Shown: positions 35,744 to 46,905, counted from the stretch's first letter. The stretch: 64,000 nucleotides of DNA from Bacilli bacterium (GCA_017409025.1 JAFQTN010000014.1:46628-110627); one strand, 5' to 3'. The notes: generated by a model not told the origin, from the sequence alone. Made by a program: numbers and translations.

Positions 35744-36640
35744 ATGATTAATCTAACTAAAGAAGAATATCAAAATTCACTAAAGAATAGTATTAATTCA
35801 AATGAAGCACATATTTTTTTAAATCCAAAAAATAAAAGAAAACTAATTAAAATAATTAAAAAAATATCTCGTGAACCAGATTATTTTTCTATTAAAATGT
35901 ATACAATTAGTTTGTTATTAAAACATAGAGATATATTAAGTAGATTAAAAGTAGCTATCCCAGAAGAAATAGTAGCAATAGATGATATAGAAATGGGCTA
36001 TCAAACTAGAAAAATAAATGGTAGATTATTAGAAGATGTCTTAGAAGATCCTAATATTTCATTAGATACTAAAATAGGTTATTTTAAACAAATTGGTGGT
36101 ATTTTAAGAACTATGGGTGAAATAAGAAACAAAACACCACTAAAAAATCTATTTTATGTAGATATTCATGAGGGTAATTTTATTATAGATAAAAATGATA
36201 TTTTATATGGGATAGATCCTGATTCATTTAGCATCGAAGATAACACTCCAACATCAGGTTATTATGCCGGAGAATTATATGATTTAGTTCCACAAGGAAG
36301 TAGAAAATACCAATTTTGTGATATAGTTACAGAAAGTGCAACAGATGTAATACCAGATGAAAATTTAGATTTATACTGTTATATCAGAATGATAATAAAT
36401 TTTATGTATGGTGATTATATTGACAATTTAACTCCAGATTTACTTTTTGATTACCTAGATTTTTTAGAATTTTATGGTGCTAATCTAGATTTTCTATATA
36501 GTTTAGAAAGTATTTATGATGATTCAAAACCAAATATAAATCCAGACTATCTATTAGATTATATAAAAGATATATATGAATATGCTAATATCAATTATGA
36601 TAAATCAGGGCACTTATCAAGAATATTAAAACAAAGGTGA
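35744..36640 (+). CDS. APH/CotS/choline-kinase-like kinase-fold protein, paralog 1
   Basis: YVDIHEGNFII (D-x-H-x-G-N catalytic loop) and YGIDPDS (metal-binding IDxD). GGGGGA RBS. Confidence 0.5.
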   Translation: MINLTKEEYQNSLKNSINSNEAHIFLNPKNKRKLIKIIKKISREPDYFSIKMYTISLLLKHRDILSRLKVAIPEEIVAIDDIEMGYQTRKINGRLLEDVLEDPNISLDTKIGYFKQIGGILRTMGEIRNKTPLKNLFYVDIHEGNFIIDKNDILYGIDPDSFSIEDNTPTSGYYAGELYDLVPQGSRKYQFCDIVTESATDVIPDENLDLYCYIRMIINFMYGDYIDNLTPDLLFDYLDFLEFYGANLDFLYSLESIYDDSKPNINPDYLLDYIKDIYEYANINYDKSGHLSRILKQR

Positions 36641-36644
36641 TTAT

Positions 36645-37535
36645 ATGATTGAATTAACACAAAAAGAATATGAAAAATATAGAAAAAAAGGTATTAGAAC
36701 AAATGAAGGTTATATTTTTCCTAATCCTAAAGATAAAAAGAAAATAATTAAAGTAATTGAACCAGTACCAACAATACCAAAATATTTAGAAATAAAAAAA
36801 CATACAATAGAATTATTATTAGAAAATAAAGATTATTTTGGAAAGTTAAATATAGCTTATCCATGTGAACCAGTTACTATTGATACAGAGCAAAGAGCAT
36901 ACGTAGCAAATAAGATAAAAGGAATAGAATTAAGTCGTGCAGTAATTGATCCAAATATTACATTAGAAACAAAAATATCATATTTTAAACAAGTAGGAAC
37001 ACTGTTAAGACAAATGGGGGAATTAAGAAGAAAATATCCTCATCTAGCAAATTTCTATTATAATGATATTCATGAAAATAATTTTTTAGTAACACTTAAT
37101 GATATAGTATATGGAATAGACTTAGACTCTTGTAGGATAGGCGACAATATTCCAATATGTGGTATGTATCCGACAAGTCTACCAAAAATTAAAAGATTAG
37201 ATCAAAAATATAAAAAATGTATTCAAGTATGTGAAAATAGTACTGAATATATACCAGACAAAAATATTGATTTATATAGTTACATAATAATGATACTAAA
37301 CTTTATGTATGGTTCTCCTTTTACTAGATGGTCTCCAGAAAAACTAGATAAATATTTAAATTATTTAGAATCTAAAGGAGCGAATTTAGAATTATTATAT
37401 GCATTATCATATGTTTTTGATGAATCTAAAGATAATATTAATCCAGATTATTTATTAGATTATATTAAAGAAATATATCAGTACAGCAGTGTAAGATATG
37501 ATGAAGAGGGTAATTTAAGAAGAATATTAAGATAG
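36645..37535 (+). CDS. APH/CotS/choline-kinase-like kinase-fold protein, paralog 2
   Basis: YNDIHENNFLV and YGIDLDS. Collinear with paralog 1 over its full length, including the shared C-terminus NINPDYLLDYIK[DE]IY. Confidence 0.5.
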   Translation: MIELTQKEYEKYRKKGIRTNEGYIFPNPKDKKKIIKVIEPVPTIPKYLEIKKHTIELLLENKDYFGKLNIAYPCEPVTIDTEQRAYVANKIKGIELSRAVIDPNITLETKISYFKQVGTLLRQMGELRRKYPHLANFYYNDIHENNFLVTLNDIVYGIDLDSCRIGDNIPICGMYPTSLPKIKRLDQKYKKCIQVCENSTEYIPDKNIDLYSYIIMILNFMYGSPFTRWSPEKLDKYLNYLESKGANLELLYALSYVFDESKDNINPDYLLDYIKEIYQYSSVRYDEEGNLRRILR

Positions 37536-37551
37536 CTTAGGCTATCTTTTT
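37530..37551 (+). terminator. rho-independent terminator
   Basis: AGATAGC / GCTATCT stem followed by TTTT. Confidence 0.7.
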
Positions 37552-37567
37552 AGTTGATAATAAAATA

Positions 37568-37617
37568 TTGACTTCTAATAATTATAGGAATATAATTTAA
37601 ATGTATGAACATACATT
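37568..37617 (+). promoter_or_regulatory. promoter plus ArsR/SmtB-type operator
   Basis: TTGACT (37568-37573), 17-nt spacer, TATAAT (37591-37596). A perfect inverted repeat AATGTATG-AA-CATACATT (37600-37617) containing TGAACA lies just downstream. Confidence 0.65.
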
Positions 37618-37637
37618 CATATAGGAGGATATAAAAA

Positions 37638-37931
37638 ATGGATTTATTAAATGAAGTAAAAGTAATAGATTTATCTGAATTATTTAAAATATTTGGAGAT
37701 TCAACTAGAATAAAAATAATAAATGTATTACTTTATGAAGAATTATGTGTTAGTGATATATCTAAAAAAATTAATGTTAGCCAATCAGCTGTATCGCATC
37801 AATTAAGAATCTTAAAATCATCTAAATTAGTAAAATATAGAAAAGATGCTAATTTAATCTACTATTCATTAGCAGATGATCACGTAAAAGAAATATTTGA
37901 GTTAGGATGTGAACATATAAATGAAGTATAA
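37638..37931 (+). CDS. ArsR/SmtB-family metalloregulator (CadC-like)
   Basis: ELCVSDISKKINVSQSAVSHQLRILKSSKLV helix-turn-helix. 97 aa, directly upstream of the P-type ATPase gene. Confidence 0.85.
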   Translation: MDLLNEVKVIDLSELFKIFGDSTRIKIINVLLYEELCVSDISKKINVSQSAVSHQLRILKSSKLVKYRKDANLIYYSLADDHVKEIFELGCEHINEV

Positions 37932-39960
37932 ATATAAATTAAATAATTTAGATTGCCCAAATTGTGCAAATAAAATAGAATGTAAATTAAATCAAGAAAA
38001 AGATATAATATCAGCTAAAGTTAATTTTTCTAAATTAGAATTAACTATTGAAACTAATAAAGAGGGTAATATAAAAGAGTTTATATCTTTGATTATTAAA
38101 GATATAGAACCAAATGTTAAAATATCAGATTTAAAAGATAAGATAGATAATTCATATACTATTAAAATTAAAATATTAAGATTAGTTTTAGGGATAATCG
38201 TTTCTATTTTAGGGATATTTGTATTTAAAAATACTATTTCTAATATATTAATTATTTTGGGTTATATTATTCTTTTATCTAAAACAGCTTATACTGCTAT
38301 TAGATTATTATTAAAGTCTCGTACGTTAGATGAGAATCTACTAGTAACTATTTCTTGTATTGGGGCATATTTTACAAATAATATAACTGAAGGATTAATG
38401 GTAATTACTTTGTATGAAATAGGTAAATTATTAGAATTTATTGCTGTAAATAATTCTCGTAAATCAATAACAGAATTAATGGATATTAAGCCAGAATATG
38501 CTAATTTAAAAGTAGATAATGAATTGAATAAAGTATCTCCTGAAATGGTATGTGTAGGAGATATAATAGTTATTTTAGAAGGAGAGAGAGTTCCTTTGGA
38601 TGGAATAGTTTTAAAAGGATCTGCTAAATTAAATATGCAAGCTTTAACTGGTGAGAGTAGGTTAAAAGAAGTAAATATTGATGATATTGTATTATCTGGT
38701 TCAATTAATACTAAAGGATTATTAGAAATAAAAGTAACTAATACTTATGAATCAAGTACTGTATCTAAAATTTTATCTTTAACAGAAACTGCTACTGATA
38801 GAAAAGCTAAAATAGAAACAATGGTAACAAAAGTGGCTAAATATTATACTCCAATAGTATTAATATTAGCCATTATCGTAGCTTTATCATTTCCATTACT
38901 ATTTAATATATCTTTTACTGATTCTATATATAGAGCATTAGTATTTTTAGTAATATCATGTCCTTGTGCTATAGCTATTTCGGTACCACTTAGTTATTTT
39001 TCTGGTATTGGGGCTTCTTCTAAAAAGGGAATTCTTATAAAAGGAAGTGATTACTTAGATTCGATTAGTAGAATTAAAGAAATAATCTTTGATAAAACAG
39101 GAACTCTTACTACTGGTAAATTTCTAGATTATAAATTAGATATTATAGATGATAACTATACTAAAGAAGAAATATTAACTTTTTTAGTATCAGGTGAAAG
39201 TTTATCTAATCATCCAATTGCTAAATCTATTGTTAGTATTTTTAATAATGTAAAAGCTAAGAAAGTTATTAATTTTATGGAAGTATCAGGTAGAGGAATA
39301 TCATATGAAATTAATAATAATAAAATAAAAATAGGGTCATCTTTATTTTGCAAAAATAAAGAAAATGATGGGTTAATTTATATAAATATTAATAATAAGA
39401 ATATTGCTAAATTAGAATTATCAGATCAAATTAGAAAAGATGCAAAAAGTACTATTAATAAATTAAAAAGATTAGGTATTAAAACAAAGATGTATACCGG
39501 TGATGATAAAGAAATAGCTACTAATGTTGCTAATAAATTAGGAATTGATGAAGTTTATTATGAACTATTACCACAAGATAAATATAAATTATTAGAAGAT
39601 ACTTTAGTTAATAAGCATGGTTTGGTAGCCTTTGTGGGGGATGGAATAAATGATGCTCCATCACTTGCTTTAGCAGATATTGGTATATCTATGGGTGGAG
39701 TAGGTAGTGATTCAGCAATTGAATCATCTGATATCGTTATTATGAAGGATGAGCTAAATAAAATAATTGAAGCCATAAATATTTCTAAAAAAACTAATAA
39801 AATAATTAAACAAAATCTAATATTTGCAATTGGTATTAAATTATTAGTATTATTATTAAGTGCTTTAGGTATTTCATCAATGTGGCAAGCAGTATTTGCT
39901 GATACTGGACTTACTTTATTAACTATAATGAATACTACTAGAATATTAAAAACTAAATAA
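37921..39960 (+). CDS. heavy-metal (Cd/Zn/Co-type) translocating P1B-type ATPase
   Basis: N-terminal CPNC metal-binding domain, membrane SCPCAIAIS (CPC), DKTGTLT phosphorylation site and GDGINDAP hinge. Confidence 0.9.
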   Translation: MKYKYKLNNLDCPNCANKIECKLNQEKDIISAKVNFSKLELTIETNKEGNIKEFISLIIKDIEPNVKISDLKDKIDNSYTIKIKILRLVLGIIVSILGIFVFKNTISNILIILGYIILLSKTAYTAIRLLLKSRTLDENLLVTISCIGAYFTNNITEGLMVITLYEIGKLLEFIAVNNSRKSITELMDIKPEYANLKVDNELNKVSPEMVCVGDIIVILEGERVPLDGIVLKGSAKLNMQALTGESRLKEVNIDDIVLSGSINTKGLLEIKVTNTYESSTVSKILSLTETATDRKAKIETMVTKVAKYYTPIVLILAIIVALSFPLLFNISFTDSIYRALVFLVISCPCAIAISVPLSYFSGIGASSKKGILIKGSDYLDSISRIKEIIFDKTGTLTTGKFLDYKLDIIDDNYTKEEILTFLVSGESLSNHPIAKSIVSIFNNVKAKKVINFMEVSGRGISYEINNNKIKIGSSLFCKNKENDGLIYININNKNIAKLELSDQIRKDAKSTINKLKRLGIKTKMYTGDDKEIATNVANKLGIDEVYYELLPQDKYKLLEDTLVNKHGLVAFVGDGINDAPSLALADIGISMGGVGSDSAIESSDIVIMKDELNKIIEAINISKKTNKIIKQNLIFAIGIKLLVLLLSALGISSMWQAVFADTGLTLLTIMNTTRILKTK

Positions 39961-39984
39961 TACATATAATATATTGGTGATTAA

Positions 39985-40575
39985 ATGAAACCAATAATTG
40001 GTATAATTTCAAGAAATTATTATTCTAAAACTAATAAAAAAATAAATATAGTATATGATGATATTATTTCATCAGTTATAAAGAGTAAAGGTATACCAAT
40101 AGGTATACCTTCTAAAGAAGATATATATAAATACTTAGATATATGTAATGGATTTATATTACAAGGTGGAGATGATATTGATAAACATAATTTAAAAACA
40201 TTAAAAATATTAAAAGAAAAAAATATTCCTGTATTAGGAATATGTCTAGGTATGCAAGAAATGTTTTATAAAAATAATTTAATTGATATTCCTAACCATC
40301 ATATTAATAGTCTTCATGAAATTAATATTAATAAAAATTCTTTATTATATAAAATAATAAAGAAAGATAAAATATTAGTTAATTCAAGACATAAGTCTGT
40401 TATTATAAATACTAATAGATTGATAAGTGCTAAGAATAAAGAGATTATCGAAGCTATTGAAGATTCGAGCAAAAAATTCTATCTAGGTGTTCAATGGCAT
40501 CCAGAAAATTTATATAATATTGATATTAATTCTAAAAAAATATTTGACTATTTTATTAAAATATGTAAAAATTAA
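39985..40575 (+). CDS. class I glutamine amidotransferase-like hydrolase (peptidase C26 / PuuD-like)
   Basis: GICLGMQ nucleophile elbow and GVQWHPE. Confidence 0.7.
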   Translation: MKPIIGIISRNYYSKTNKKINIVYDDIISSVIKSKGIPIGIPSKEDIYKYLDICNGFILQGGDDIDKHNLKTLKILKEKNIPVLGICLGMQEMFYKNNLIDIPNHHINSLHEININKNSLLYKIIKKDKILVNSRHKSVIINTNRLISAKNKEIIEAIEDSSKKFYLGVQWHPENLYNIDINSKKIFDYFIKICKN

Positions 40576-40596
40576 TTAGTCAGCAAGGAGGTAATT

Positions 40597-41331
40597 ATGA
40601 GAATTGGAGTATTTGATTCTGGTCTTGGTGGATTAACTGTTTTAAAAAACTTATATAAACATTATCCAAATAATGAATATATATATTACGGGGATACTCT
40701 AAATTTACCATATGGTAGTAAGAGTAAGGAAGAATTAATTGGTTTAGCAAGTAATGATATAGAATTTCTTTTAACTAAACAAGTAGATATTATAATTATT
40801 GCTTGTGGTACAGTATCTTCTAATTGCTTAGAGTATTTAAAGAATAGATATGATATTCCAATATATGATATCATAACTCCTACGATTAATTATTTAAATA
40901 ATAGTAATTATTCTAATGTAGGTATAATAGCTACTGAGAGAACTATAGATAGTGATATATTTAAAAAAAAATTAATAAAAAATGTATATCAAATTAAAAC
41001 ACCTAAATTAGTTCCTATGATAGAAAATAATAATTTATCAGATATAGATAATATTTTAGATACTTACTTAAGTAAATATAAAAATAAAATAGATATCTTA
41101 GTACTAGGATGTACGCATTATCCTATTATTAAAAAACATATTAATAAATATTTTAATAACAAGATAGATTTATTAGATATGAGTGACCCAATATTACCAT
41201 TATTAAAAGAAGATAATACTAGTAATATAACAATCTATTTTAGTAAAAATAGTTCTATTACCATAAAACAAACTAAAAATATTTTAGAATTAGATAATTT
41301 AAATATATTAGAAAAAACTGAATACAAATAA
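40597..41331 (+). CDS. murI: glutamate racemase
   Basis: GVFDSGLGGLTV, IIACGTVS and LGCTHYP catalytic Cys motifs. Confidence 0.9.
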   Translation: MRIGVFDSGLGGLTVLKNLYKHYPNNEYIYYGDTLNLPYGSKSKEELIGLASNDIEFLLTKQVDIIIIACGTVSSNCLEYLKNRYDIPIYDIITPTINYLNNSNYSNVGIIATERTIDSDIFKKKLIKNVYQIKTPKLVPMIENNNLSDIDNILDTYLSKYKNKIDILVLGCTHYPIIKKHINKYFNNKIDLLDMSDPILPLLKEDNTSNITIYFSKNSSITIKQTKNILELDNLNILEKTEYK

Positions 41332-41351
41332 GTGTATTTAGTTTTTAATTT

Positions 41352-43112
41352 TTATTCTACAGTAACAGATTTTGCTAAATTTCTTGGTTTATCAATATCA
41401 CAGTTATTAAGTAATGCTACTTCGTAAGCAAGTAATTGTAGTGGGATAATTGCAAGTATAGGTTTTAATACATCTATATTAGTAGGTACTTGTATTAATA
41501 TATCGTAATAAGATTTATCTATTTTGATATCGTCTGTTGCTACTATAATTGATTTGGCTCCTCTAGATATTACTTCTTTAATATTACTTAATATTTTATC
41601 TTTAATAATATTATTAGTAATGACTGATATTACTGGGGTATCTTTTTCAATTAATGCAATAGTACCATGTTTTAATTCTCCAGCAGGATAGGATTCACTA
41701 TGAATATAAGCAATTTCTTTTAATTTTAAGTTACCTTCCATAGCAATATAATAATCTATTCCTCTACCTAGGAAGAAGATGTCTTTTTCTTTATATATTA
41801 ATTTAGCAACTTCTTTATAAATATTATTTTCAAGTATAGAATCAACTTGATTTGCAAGTAATCTATAATTACTAATAACATCACTATATCTAATATTACT
41901 ATTTTTAATTGCTATTAAACCTAAAGTGTATAATTGCATTACAAAAGCTTTAGTTGTAGCAACTGCAATTTCAATTAATGCATTAGTATAAACTACTATC
42001 GAAGCTTCTCTTGCAATAGAACTACCAAATACATTAACTATTCCTAAAGTAGTAGTTCCGTATTCTTTTGCTACTCTTAAAGAGGCTAGTGTATCAGCGG
42101 TTTCTCCGGATTGGGATATTATTATTACTAAATCTTCTTTATCTAAGAATAATTTTTTATATCTGAATTCAGAAGCAATTTCTACATAAACTGGTTTATT
42201 AATTAATTCTTCAAGCATATTTTTACCAATAAGTCCAGCATGATAAGCACTACCGCAAGCGACAATATAAATATTTTTATATTTTTTTATGTCAGGTATA
42301 TTTCTTAAATTATCTACTAAATTATTTCTAACAAGACTAGATACTTCATGAATTTCTTTTAACATATAATGATTATATCCTTGTTTAGATACAACATCAT
42401 TCTCATATTCAAATTCATTTATGTCTTTTTTTACAATACTACCATTATTATATACAGTAATTTCTTTGTTAGAAATCTTAGCAATATCATAATCATTTAA
42501 TAGTATATACTTATTAGTATATCCTAAAATAGCAGGTACATCTGAAGCAATAAAATTCTCATCATTTCCTATGCCAATGATTAATGGACTATCTTTTCTA
42601 ATAACATATATATTATCATAATCATCATCTACGATAATAGCTGTGGCATAACTTCCTTTTATTTCTTTAATAACTTTTTCTATTGTATGAATTATATTTT
42701 CAGTTTTATTATAATAATAGTCGATAAGAGCACATAATACTTCACTATCTGTTTCACCAATAAATTTATAATCTAAATCAATTAATTTGTTTTTTAATTC
42801 AAGGTAATTTTCAATAATTCCGTTATGAACTAAAGTAATATTCCCAACACGATGAGGATGTGAGTTATTAATAGTAACGCCACCATGAGTAGCCCATCTA
42901 GTATGACCTATACCCATATATGTATTGACTTCCAAATTAATTTTATTTTCTAAAACATTTATTTTTCCTACATCTTTAACAATTTTTATTTCGTTATTAA
43001 TCATATATGCAATACCAGAAGAATCATATCCTCTATATTCTAATGTTTTTAAAGAATTTATTAATATAGGTAAAGCTTTCTTTTTACCTATATATCCGAC
43101 AATTCCGCACAT
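41352..43112 (-). CDS. glmS: glutamine--fructose-6-phosphate aminotransferase
   Basis: MCGIVGYIG N-terminal nucleophile, two SIS domains and C-terminal ...NLAKSVTVE. Confidence 0.95.
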   Translation of the reverse strand: MCGIVGYIGKKKALPILINSLKTLEYRGYDSSGIAYMINNEIKIVKDVGKINVLENKINLEVNTYMGIGHTRWATHGGVTINNSHPHRVGNITLVHNGIIENYLELKNKLIDLDYKFIGETDSEVLCALIDYYYNKTENIIHTIEKVIKEIKGSYATAIIVDDDYDNIYVIRKDSPLIIGIGNDENFIASDVPAILGYTNKYILLNDYDIAKISNKEITVYNNGSIVKKDINEFEYENDVVSKQGYNHYMLKEIHEVSSLVRNNLVDNLRNIPDIKKYKNIYIVACGSAYHAGLIGKNMLEELINKPVYVEIASEFRYKKLFLDKEDLVIIISQSGETADTLASLRVAKEYGTTTLGIVNVFGSSIAREASIVVYTNALIEIAVATTKAFVMQLYTLGLIAIKNSNIRYSDVISNYRLLANQVDSILENNIYKEVAKLIYKEKDIFFLGRGIDYYIAMEGNLKLKEIAYIHSESYPAGELKHGTIALIEKDTPVISVITNNIIKDKILSNIKEVISRGAKSIIVATDDIKIDKSYYDILIQVPTNIDVLKPILAIIPLQLLAYEVALLNNCDIDKPRNLAKSVTVE

Positions 43113-43276
43113 AATATCACTCCTTTATTTTATTATATAATATTTTTATAAAAAATCTATTATTTTACATTTTTAATTTACATTTTAGCAATAAAAAAGA
43201 GATAAAAAATAATATTTTTTTTAATTTCTTGATACTAAAAACTAAATATAATATAATTAACTTAAGGAGTAATGGT

Positions 43277-43978
43277 ATGGATAAACAAATATTAAAAATA
43301 CCTAATCATGTAGCTATTATATTAGATGGTAATGGAAGATGGGCTAAAGATAAAGGAAAAAAAAGAACTGAAGGACATAAAGAGGGTTATAAAAATTTAA
43401 AGAAAATTAGTAAATATATTTTTAGTAAAGGAACAAAAGTTTTAAGTGTTTTTGCTTTCTCAACAGAAAACTTTAAAAGGCCACATGAAGAAGTAGATTA
43501 TTTAATGAATTTATTTATTCAAGGATTTAATAATGATACTGGTTATTTTCAAAAAGAAAATGTAAAAGTAGTATTTTCAGGTAAAAAAGATAACTTACGT
43601 AAAGATGTTGTAGATGCTATGGATAATATGACAGAAACTACTAAAAATAATACCAAAGGAGTACTAAATATATGTCTTAATTATGGTGGAAGATGTGAAA
43701 TAGTAGATGCTGTAAATAAAATTATAGAAAATAATGAAAATAATATTACTGAAGATATATTTCAAAAATATCTATATCAAGATTTAGAAGATATAGATTT
43801 AATGATAAGAACTAGTGGTGAACTTAGAATTAGCAATTTTATGTTATGGCAATTATCATATGCAGAACTATATTTTCCAAATTGTTATTTTCCAGATTTT
43901 AATGAATATGAATATGATAAAGCTTTAATTGAGTATACTAAAAGAGATAGAAGGTTTGGTAGTTTAAATAATGAATAA
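43277..43978 (+). CDS. uppS: undecaprenyl-diphosphate synthase
   Basis: HVAIILDGNGRWA and RTSGELRISNFMLWQ. AAGGAG RBS favours the ATG at 43277 (track start 43229). Confidence 0.9.
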   Translation: MDKQILKIPNHVAIILDGNGRWAKDKGKKRTEGHKEGYKNLKKISKYIFSKGTKVLSVFAFSTENFKRPHEEVDYLMNLFIQGFNNDTGYFQKENVKVVFSGKKDNLRKDVVDAMDNMTETTKNNTKGVLNICLNYGGRCEIVDAVNKIIENNENNITEDIFQKYLYQDLEDIDLMIRTSGELRISNFMLWQLSYAELYFPNCYFPDFNEYEYDKALIEYTKRDRRFGSLNNE

Positions 43979-44846
43979 GATAGAAGTACATAAAGATATT
44001 ATTTATAATAGTAAAATAAATAATGATATAGTAATAATACATATTGGTGATATACATTTTAATAAATATACTAAAGATAGTAGGTTAAATTTAATTAAAG
44101 AAGAGATACATAAAAATAATCCTGACTATATTTTAATAACTGGAGATATACTTGATAATCCAACTGTATCTAAAGATAAAATAAATATAAAAAGATTATT
44201 AATATTCTTAACTGAATTAGCAAAGTTTTCTAAAGTTATAATTTCTTTAGGAAATCATGATGTATTTAGAGATGAAGATTATAAATTCTTTAAGAATTTA
44301 AATGATTTAAAAAATATTTATGTATTAAATAATGAATCATATATGGATGAATTAATATATATATCTGGTTTTACTTTACCTACTAGTTATTATTACAATA
44401 TGAGTAAGAATGAGTCTAAGGAAATGTTAATGGATCATATAAAGAAATATAAAAAGTTAACTACTAATTTGCCTATATCTATACCTAAAATTAGTTTAAT
44501 TCATTCGCCAATAAGATTAACGGATAAAGAGGTATTAATTATTTTAAAAGAATATGATTTATTATTATCAGGACATATGCATAGTGGTATGGTACCTAAA
44601 ATGTTAAATAAATTATTTAATAAAAATGCTGGTTTGATTAGTCCAAATAAAAGATTGTTTCCATCAATAGCTAGAGGAAGAATAGAAAATATTTTATTAA
44701 ATAAGAAAATAACACTTATTATAACTGGCGGTATTACTAAATTAGGTCTTACCAGTTCAAAAATATTAAGTAAGTTAAATTTTGTATATAATACTGATAT
44801 AAATAAAATAATAATTACAAATAAGAAAGGAAGATATTATGAGTAA
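43971..44846 (+). CDS. metallophosphoesterase
   Basis: GDIHF, TGDILD, GNHD and GHMHSG calcineurin-like motifs. Confidence 0.75.
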   Translation: MNKIEVHKDIIYNSKINNDIVIIHIGDIHFNKYTKDSRLNLIKEEIHKNNPDYILITGDILDNPTVSKDKINIKRLLIFLTELAKFSKVIISLGNHDVFRDEDYKFFKNLNDLKNIYVLNNESYMDELIYISGFTLPTSYYYNMSKNESKEMLMDHIKKYKKLTTNLPISIPKISLIHSPIRLTDKEVLIILKEYDLLLSGHMHSGMVPKMLNKLFNKNAGLISPNKRLFPSIARGRIENILLNKKITLIITGGITKLGLTSSKILSKLNFVYNTDINKIIITNKKGRYYE

Positions 44847-46062
44847 AATTAAAAACGTACATGCAAGAGAAATACTAGATTCAAGAGGGAATCCAACGGT
44901 AGAAGTAGATGTAGAGTTAGTTAGTGGTGTTATAGGAAGAGCAGCAGTTCCTTCGGGGGCATCTACTGGGGAAAGAGAGGCTTTAGAACTTCGTGATAAA
45001 GAAGAAAGATTTCTTGGAAAAGGGGTAACTAAAGCAGTAGATAATGTAAATAATATTATAAGAAATAGATTAATTGGATTAGATGCTAAAGAGCAAGAAT
45101 TAATAGATAATACTATGATTCAATTAGATGGTACTAAAAATAAAAGTAAGTTAGGGGCTAATGCTATGTTAGGGGTATCCTTGGCTGTTTTAAAAGCATC
45201 AGCTAATGAAGCGAAAGTACCATTATATAAATATGTTGGAGATTTTTATACTTTGCCAAGTCCTATGATGAATATTATAAATGGTGGTGCACATGCAGAT
45301 AATCATCTAGATTTTCAGGAATTTATGATTATTCCTAAAAAAACTACGATTAAAGAAAGAATTAGAGTGGGGGCAGAAATATTTCATACATTAAAAAAAG
45401 TATTAAAAGAAAAAGGATATAATACTAATGTAGGAGATGAAGGTGGGTTTGCTCCAGATTTACAAAGTAATGAGGAAGGATTTAAAGTAATAATTGAGGC
45501 TATTGTAAAAGCAGGATATAAACCTGGAATTGATGTTTTTATCGGTATAGATGTTGCGGCTTCGGAATTTTATGATAATGGTAAATATAAGGTAGATGGT
45601 AAGGAATTAACAACTCTAGAACTTATAGAATTTTATATTGAATTAGTTAATAAATATCCAATTATTTCGATTGAAGATCCAGTAGATGAAAATGATTGGG
45701 AAGGATTTAAATTAATAACAGAAAAACTAGGAGATAGAGTTCAATTAGTTGGAGATGATTTGTTTGTAACCAATATTGAATGCTTACAAAAGGGAATTGA
45801 TAATGGGGCTGGTAATGCAATATTACTGAAATTAAATCAAATAGGAACATATACTGAAACATTAAAAACAATTGAATTAGCTAAAAAACATAACTATAAA
45901 ACAATTATTTCACATAGAAGTGGTGAGACTGAAGATACCACAATAGCGGATTTAGCCGTAGGACTTAATTTAGGACAAATTAAGACAGGTTCAATGTCTA
46001 GAACAGATAGAGTATGTAAATATAATCAATTATTAAGAATAGAAGAAGAATTGACAAAATAA
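44839..46062 (+). CDS. eno: enolase
   Basis: [23 protein letters not shown] and [10 protein letters not shown]. At 407 aa it is slightly short for the family. Confidence 0.93.
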   Translation: MSKIKNVHAREILDSRGNPTVEVDVELVSGVIGRAAVPSGASTGEREALELRDKEERFLGKGVTKAVDNVNNIIRNRLIGLDAKEQELIDNTMIQLDGTKNKSKLGANAMLGVSLAVLKASANEAKVPLYKYVGDFYTLPSPMMNIINGGAHADNHLDFQEFMIIPKKTTIKERIRVGAEIFHTLKKVLKEKGYNTNVGDEGGFAPDLQSNEEGFKVIIEAIVKAGYKPGIDVFIGIDVAASEFYDNGKYKVDGKELTTLELIEFYIELVNKYPIISIEDPVDENDWEGFKLITEKLGDRVQLVGDDLFVTNIECLQKGIDNGAGNAILLKLNQIGTYTETLKTIELAKKHNYKTIISHRSGETEDTTIADLAVGLNLGQIKTGSMSRTDRVCKYNQLLRIEEELTK

Positions 46063-46098
46063 TTAATAATTATCAAATATAATAAATTTGGTGATTAG

Positions 46099-46269
46099 AT
46101 GAAAATTAAAATATTTGATGAATCTCATGAAAAAGATTTAGAAGAGGCAATTAATAATTTTGTAAAAGAAAAACAAGTAGAAATTATTGATATTAAATTT
46201 TCAGTTGCTGCCTCTTTATATGGAGAAGAACAAATATATTGTTTTTCAGCACTTTTAATGTATAAATAA
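46099..46269 (+). CDS. cse60: sporulation protein Cse60
   Basis: Too short for the ORF track. The 56-aa product MKIKIFDESHEKDLEEAINNFVKEKQVEIIDIKFSVAASLYGEEQIYCFSALLMYK has the FDEEHEKDLE...EQIY.FSAL pattern of Cse60. GGTGA RBS. Confidence 0.7.
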   Translation: MKIKIFDESHEKDLEEAINNFVKEKQVEIIDIKFSVAASLYGEEQIYCFSALLMYK

Positions 46270-46292
46270 AGCAAATGACTTGCTTTATTTTT
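46268..46292 (+). terminator. rho-independent terminator
   Basis: AAAGCAA / TTGCTTT stem followed by ATTTTT. Confidence 0.6.
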
Positions 46293-46328
46293 GTTATTGT
46301 GTTAATATTATAAGACGGAGGCGATAAT

Positions 46329-46892
46329 ATGGCATACTATTTTGCCGTAGCAACATCAGCAGATAATAGTGAATATGTAGGGTTGAATATAAAAAAAACT
46401 AATAGTTTTCAAAAATTATATCCATTTTCTCCTCAAAAACATGAATGTACGTTAGAGGAAATAGATAAATTTACTACTCAATTTAGTGGTGAAAGTCAGT
46501 TGAAATTAGATTTAGATTCTTACAAAATAATACCTTGGTCTTGTCATGAGGGACAATTAGCAATAGTATATATGAATGATTCTGAATTAAGATTGGTAGA
46601 GGGTGGAATATTATTTGATGAAGCAAAGAAATATATAGAAAATCCTTTATTGGTTAAAGAATATATACTTAGTAAAAAACAAGAAAATGATACTTTATTT
46701 TTTGAAAAGTTAATTTCTATTTTAAATTTGGATAAAAGTTTGATTACTTCAAATTTAGATAATTTGGTAGAAATGATTTTAACAAGTAAAATTGGTTATG
46801 AGGGATTTCATAATATTGTTTCTTTAATTTTACAACATGAAAAAACTATGGAAATAGACAGTACATATGCAAGAAAAAGAAAACCACAATAG
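46329..46892 (+). CDS. hypothetical protein
   Basis: 187 aa with a GGAGG RBS. No recognised motif. Confidence 0.55.
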   Translation: MAYYFAVATSADNSEYVGLNIKKTNSFQKLYPFSPQKHECTLEEIDKFTTQFSGESQLKLDLDSYKIIPWSCHEGQLAIVYMNDSELRLVEGGILFDEAKKYIENPLLVKEYILSKKQENDTLFFEKLISILNLDKSLITSNLDNLVEMILTSKIGYEGFHNIVSLILQHEKTMEIDSTYARKRKPQ

Positions 46893-46905
46893 TGTGGTTT
46901 TTTTA
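46880..46905. terminator. bidirectional hairpin between convergent genes
   Basis: AAAACCACA / TGTGGTTTT stem with A-run and T-run flanks. It overlaps both stop codons. Confidence 0.6.

Noticed and set aside
43113-43276. glmS ribozyme expected in the 5' leader of glmS (minus strand).
   Set aside because: The region is almost pure A/T. It lacks any of the GC-containing core (AGCGCC...GGCGG-type pairings) of the glmS ribozyme and is too short after subtracting the promoters.
46099-46269. Apparent +1 frameshift in a T-run inside the cse60 homolog.
   Set aside because: A recount against the flanking anchors (eno stop at 46062, next ATG at 46329) shows four T residues, not five, at 46197-46200. 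The 56-codon frame is intact from ATG 46099 to TAA 46267-46269. The frameshift was my transcription error.
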